Below, piece after piece: positions 59,310 to 64,000 of a DNA stretch of 64,000 nucleotides. Positions within the stretch are counted from its first letter, which is position 1. The number at the start of each line of letters is the position of its first letter. The stretch is from Azolla caroliniana (Eukaryota > Plantae > Polypodiophyta): NCBI GenBank assembly GCA_043228905.1, contig JBHGNT010000015.1, positions 4,154,001-4,218,000 on the forward strand, read 5' to 3'. The notes under the pieces were generated by a model that did not search any database, had not been told where the DNA came from, and saw only the letters and a program-made list of their open reading frames with translations. A program made the position numbers and the translations under genes.

Positions 59310-62252
59310 AAACTTGGGTTGTCCGAAGGGACAGTGTGAATACAGCCATTATACACTCGTATTTGACACTCCCCCGTAATGGGCGTATACATGGGTTATC
59401 TAAAAAATTACAGGTATATACAAGGTTTATCGAACATATCGGTTTTGTTAGAGTCGGCAAGATCCGAAGACAGAAGACCGAACCGGTTGGGTCGGAAGAG
59501 CTGAAGCCGATCCTCAAAGAACCAATGTTGGTGGTCCGAAACCATCCTGTGTTGTGTGTCTGACTTTAAACAGACCGATTTTTCGTTACGCCCATCTAGT
59601 GTCGAAGGGACCAGAAACGATCCGCCAAAAGATACTTGGTCATTCCATCTGCGACATTATCGGTGGTGGATATTTTCTCGAGACCGATTTTCCCTGAAAT
59701 GACGCAGTCCCGAACGAAGTGATATCGAACGTCGATATGCTTGGAGGCATTGTGGTGAACCAGATTCTTTGGCAAAGCAACAGCACCCTGACTGTCATTG
59801 TAGACAACTAGAGCCGAGTCAAAGTCGACTTGTCGAAACTTGTGCGCTAGTCGACCGAGCCATAAAGCTTCTTTTGCCACGTTGGACACAGCTACATATT
59901 CCACCTCAGTCGTTGAGGTGGTTGTGCAATCCTGAAGTTTCGACTTCCACGAGATTGCTCCATTGCCGAATTTGAAACTGTATCCGGTTGTTGATTTCCA
60001 ACTGTCCACGCAACCGGCGAAGTCCGAGTCGGTGTAACCGACTACGCCTGAGGTTGAGTTCGGGCCAAAAAGAATGTTGTGGTCTTTTGTGCCAGCCAGA
60101 TATCTGAACACATGCTTGATTGCGTTCCAATGCAATCGGCCTGGGTTGTGCATGAATCTGTTGACGACTCCTATGGCGTGAGAAATATCAGGCCATGTCG
60201 CGACCATTGCATACATAAGGGAGCCGACTGCCGGTGCATACGGTACCGACTTCATATCTTCCCCCTCCGGACCGGATGTCGGGCAGTCTCGCTGAGACAG
60301 CCGAAGGTTAATGGGGAGTGGGGTCAACGCAGACTTGGCCGAGTGCATGTTGAAGCGTTCCAAGACACGTCCGATGTAGTCTATTTGAGACAAGAAAAGT
60401 TGTCGTTTATTGCGATGCCGACTAATCTTCATACCAAGTATGTGTCTTGCCGGACCGAGGTCCTTCATGGCAAACTTCAACCGCAGTTTCCGAACGAGTT
60501 CGGTGAGCTCTCCGGCATGACGACCGGAGAGTAGCATGTCATCCACGTAGATGATGAGGAAGACGGGAGACCCGTCTTGAGCTGTTTTGGTGAAGAGACA
60601 GTGTTCCTCATCACTCTTAGAGAAGCCGACCGATTGGATGAAGTCGTCGAACTTCTTGTACCACTGTCGGGGTGCCTGTTTCAGGCCGTAGAGACTCTTC
60701 CTGAGTCGGCAGACTAGATGTTCCTGGCTGGATGCCACAAAGCCTTTCGGTTGCTCCATATAGATTTCCTCCTGTAGGTCACCGTGGAGGAATGTCATTT
60801 TTACATCTAGCTGAATCAGCTCCAAGTTGTCGGCGGCCATGACGCCGAGCATCAAACGAAGGGTCGTCATTTTCACCACTGGTGAAAAGATTTCGTCGAA
60901 GTCGACACCGTATTCTTGTCAAAATCCCTTCGCAACTAATCTGGCCTTGTACTTTGGGTTGGTTGAGTCAGGCGTCTCTTTTAGTCGATAGACCCACTTA
61001 CACGGAAGAGCACGTCGATTCTTCGGTAATTCGACCAAGTCCCAAGTCTTGTTTGTCCGAATGGAGTGCATTTCTGATTCCATGTGGCTGAATCGGCAAA
61101 TGCCGATGCTTCTTCGTAAGACGTCGGTTCACCGGCGTCGGTAAAGAAAATTCCGGGAGAGTACCTCTCCGGAGGTTGCGATAGTCTCTCAGATCTGCGA
61201 GGTATGACTGGACTAGTCGCACCGGGTGTCGATGTCGGATGGTCGGGAGCCGAGCCATTCGGTTGTGCCGAATCAGTGGATTCTGTGCGAGAGTTGTCGG
61301 TTACCCATGAAACTGATCTCGTGTTGTGGGTTGGGCCGTCATGAAGGGTTGGCACTTCGGAGAATATTACCCTTCGGACTTCAATAGGCCTTTCGGCTAT
61401 TTTATGCATAGCCGACTCATTGAACATGACGTCCGAACTTCAGACGATTTGTCTGTGCTCGAGGTCCCAGAGTCGATATCTGATCTCGTAGTCGGGTCCA
61501 TACCCAAGGAAAACGCATTTCCTTGATCTTGGTTCGAGTTTCCGGCGATCGTCTTTCGGTATGAGGGCGTAGGCCTCGCAACCGAAGATCCTCAGCTTGT
61601 CATAATTCGGCTTACTGCCGGTCCAAATTTCCTGAGGCATTTGAAGTCCTAGAGGTCTACTTGGCGACATATTTATGATGTGTACTACCATAAGTAGAGC
61701 CTCCGCCTAGAAGCCATCCGACAGTCCGAAGTGTTGGAGCATGGATACTATGCGTTCTTGAATCGTCTAATTCATGCGTTCAACAATTCCGTTTTGCTCC
61801 GAACTATAGGGTGTCATATATTCATGTCGAATGCCGCGTTCCTGGCAAAATTTGACGAATTCTTCAGACTTGAATTCTCCTCCATTGTCGGTTTGGAGAC
61901 ATTTCAGTTTTTGACCGGTCTGATTTCCGACCATTGCAAGCCATTCGGAGAAGATCGAGAACACCTAATCTTTGGTTCTGATGGGGTAAGCCCACACCTT
62001 CCGAGTCGAGTCGTCAATAAAACTGACGAAGTACGAAGCACCGTCGAGAGGCTGTTTGTGGCATCGGGCCACAGACGTCCGAGTGGACCAAATCGAGGGG
62101 ACTCGATTCTCTTGGTGCTGATGTCGGGTGTGATGCGGCTACCTGTTTGCCATACTAGCAATGCTCGCAGAATTGGTGATCCGAGAAGGAGAGTTTGGGG
62201 ATGTAACCGGCTTTGGATAGGTGCGTTATGTCGGCCTTGCTAAGGTGTCCAA
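59310..62252 (-). mobile_element. Ty1/copia C-related element (C3): 3' LTR remnant, PPT 59369-59379, INT-RT-RH
   Basis: ttacgggggag|tgtc PPT/LTR junction; ORF 59596..60879 RT-RH; INT QTDNGGEF; cut at LGHLSKA by R2. Confidence 0.9.
59596..62252 (-). pseudogene. pol: C3 pol (integrase, RT, RNase H)
   Basis: YVDDMLL, YTDSDFAG, KHIDVRYHF, SEQNGIVERMN. Confidence 0.92.
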
Positions 62253-64000
62253 TGTTGTTCTCTGACCGGACAAGGCCTAACACAAGGTGTCGCGGAGACA
62301 CTTCACCAAAGGGTGATTACGGCATAGGATTATGACTCAACGATTACACCGACTTACGTAGGTTACACGATTAGAGCGCTTTTGTTAATTACACGCGTAA
62401 GATATAACAGTAATTACAGAACGGAAATCAACACAGAAGTATAAACACCATACGCTCTATTAATTATCCGCTGCGATTACAATGGGCTCCGGGCCTTTAA
62501 ATAGGTTTCCGGTCCGTAGTACAAAACGGTGCCTATCGCACCTATTCGGGATCCGTCCGGATCTGGAACGGCATACCGTTTCCAGTCCGTCCGTCCATAC
62601 TATGCTTATTTACAACCATACTTAATTAATTCCTTCACTCCGTATTTTGGAGTCCTTGCCGGCCGGTAACACATGGCACGCCCGTGGGACAGTACCTTGT
62701 ACCTCGAACCCTTCTCGGCCCCTTCATTGTTCACCCAAATTGTCCAAAATACTTTGTTCCAGAGTTTCCAATTGTTCTTCCGGTTGTGGTTGTTGCGGCT
62801 GTGCTTGCTGCTGCTGCTGTGGTTGCGGTTGGGACTGAGACTGCTCCGGCTGCTCTATAGGCGGCTGCTCCGTTTGTTTCTCTGACTCCGGCATCCCCGT
62901 TTGACTGCTTCCGGTCCGGTCTCCTTCCAGTAACGGTTCCTCATCACTGAGGTTGACCGTTACTGGTTCTCGTGCTTTCTCTTCCCGGATCCGGGACCTC
63001 TCGTAGCTTTCAAACTGGATCTGCGCCTCCAGCCTGTCGTCGTCCAGCTGAGCTACAAGTTGCCGGATTTGCCCTAGTTGGTCCTCTGCCAAGGCTTGAA
63101 AGTCTTCGGCCAGCTCATCTCTTATGCCGGTGAAGTCTTCGGAAGTCAGCATATAGCAATCATCTCCCTCCTTCCGCCGGTTCTCTACGTCGGCCCGAAG
63201 CAATTGGAGTTCCGCCGCGTTCGGGGCCCACTTGGTCCACCATTTGACGGAACCGTTGTCAATCAAGCTCTTGGTCTGGTTCAACCAGGCCCGCATGATA
63301 TCCTGGATGCGACTTGCTCCCATTTGCGCTCTACTTTCCACAACTTGTCGTTCCTCCTTCAACAGTTTGATGAGATTAGCCGTATCCTCCGCCTGCTCTC
63401 TGTAGCGCGTCAGCTGCCCTTGATATGTTGTCTGCAGCCTCTGCAGTACCTCCGCCGCTCTTTCTTTTTCCGCCTGCTGTTGCCTGAGGAGCTCTGTCCG
63501 AACCTTCTCCGCCTCTTCCAACCATCTTCTGGTTTCCGCTTGTTCATTAGCGTATGCCGTTGCGGTCCGATCAACTGCTTGCCGGAGCTCATCCGTCCGT
63601 TCCTTGTGCTCCGTTTGCAACCGTTTATACTCCCGGTGCAAGTGCTCAAATTCCTCCGTTTTTTGTTTGAGCTTGCCGTTGATCTGGCGATGGTTCCGGT
63701 CCTCCCGGTCCTATCCCGGTCCTTTAGCTGCCGGAGTTCCTCTTTCAGGCGCTCCACTTCTGTTTCGGCATTTCTCCGGAGCCTGTCCTTCTCTTGCAGC
63801 ATTTTCTCCTTTTCCTCCTTGAGCCGGTCGTACGCTTGGTGGCCTTTTCGTAAGCTCTCCTCGGCCCGGCGTAGATTCTCAGCAGTCTTTTTGAGTTCTG
63901 CCTCCGCTGCCGTCTTCAACTCTCTTTCGCGGCTCCTCAGCGCTTCTTGGGCAGCTAGCTCATCCTTTAAGTCCGCAAGCTCTTGGGCTTGTGCCGCATT
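62253..64000. mobile_element. Family R element (R2): LTR 62253-62671, tRNA-Arg PBS-like site 62674-62690, coiled-coil ORF; continues off the right edge
   Basis: tgttgttc...ggtaaca-ca-tggcacgcccgtgggac; interrupts C3 pol. Confidence 0.8.
62724..64000 (-). CDS. Coiled-coil (E/K/R/Q-rich) protein of unknown function within R2; one apparent frameshift near 63680, N-terminus beyond the window
   Basis: ORFs 63410..63919 and 62724..63641; long heptad-like charged stretch, a KWWTKW segment and a Q/P-rich tail; no retroelement enzyme motif. Confidence 0.65.

Noticed and set aside
62724-63919. Host myosin/SMC-like gene or env gene
   Set aside because: Intronless, directly inside LTR/PBS, no ATPase motif and no hydrophobic transmembrane segment in the visible part

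Overview
The window is an almost continuous stack of nested, mostly decayed plant LTR retrotransposons. I see no host gene, rRNA or intact tRNA. The PBS sequences match plant cytosolic tRNAs; a seed-free plant such as a fern is my inference only. It holds three Ty1/copia families (called A, B and C here; tRNA-iMet PBS, 5-bp TSDs where both ends are readable). It also holds a tRNA-Trp-primed Ty3/gypsy family G (autonomous, deleted and gag-only non-autonomous members, plus solo LTRs), one compact gypsy with an extra archaeal-type RNase H (Tat-like), and an unusual family R with a tRNA-Arg PBS. Nesting reaches four levels. The most notable signals are five. (1) A conserved -1 frameshift cassette (G_GAU_UUU-UAG plus an H-type pseudoknot) lies between protease and RT in three G copies. 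(2) All nine readable G/Tat-like insertion junctions have a CpG-centred 4-bp target, mostly ACGT. (3) R-family LTRs have TATA/poly(A)-like features and a coiled-coil ORF pointing opposite to their tRNA-Arg PBS. (4) A tRNA-like Pol III A/B-box cassette is embedded in gypsy LTRs. (5) A gypsy LTR carries a U3 segment shared with a copia LTR. All calls were made by eye; no alignments or database searches were run.
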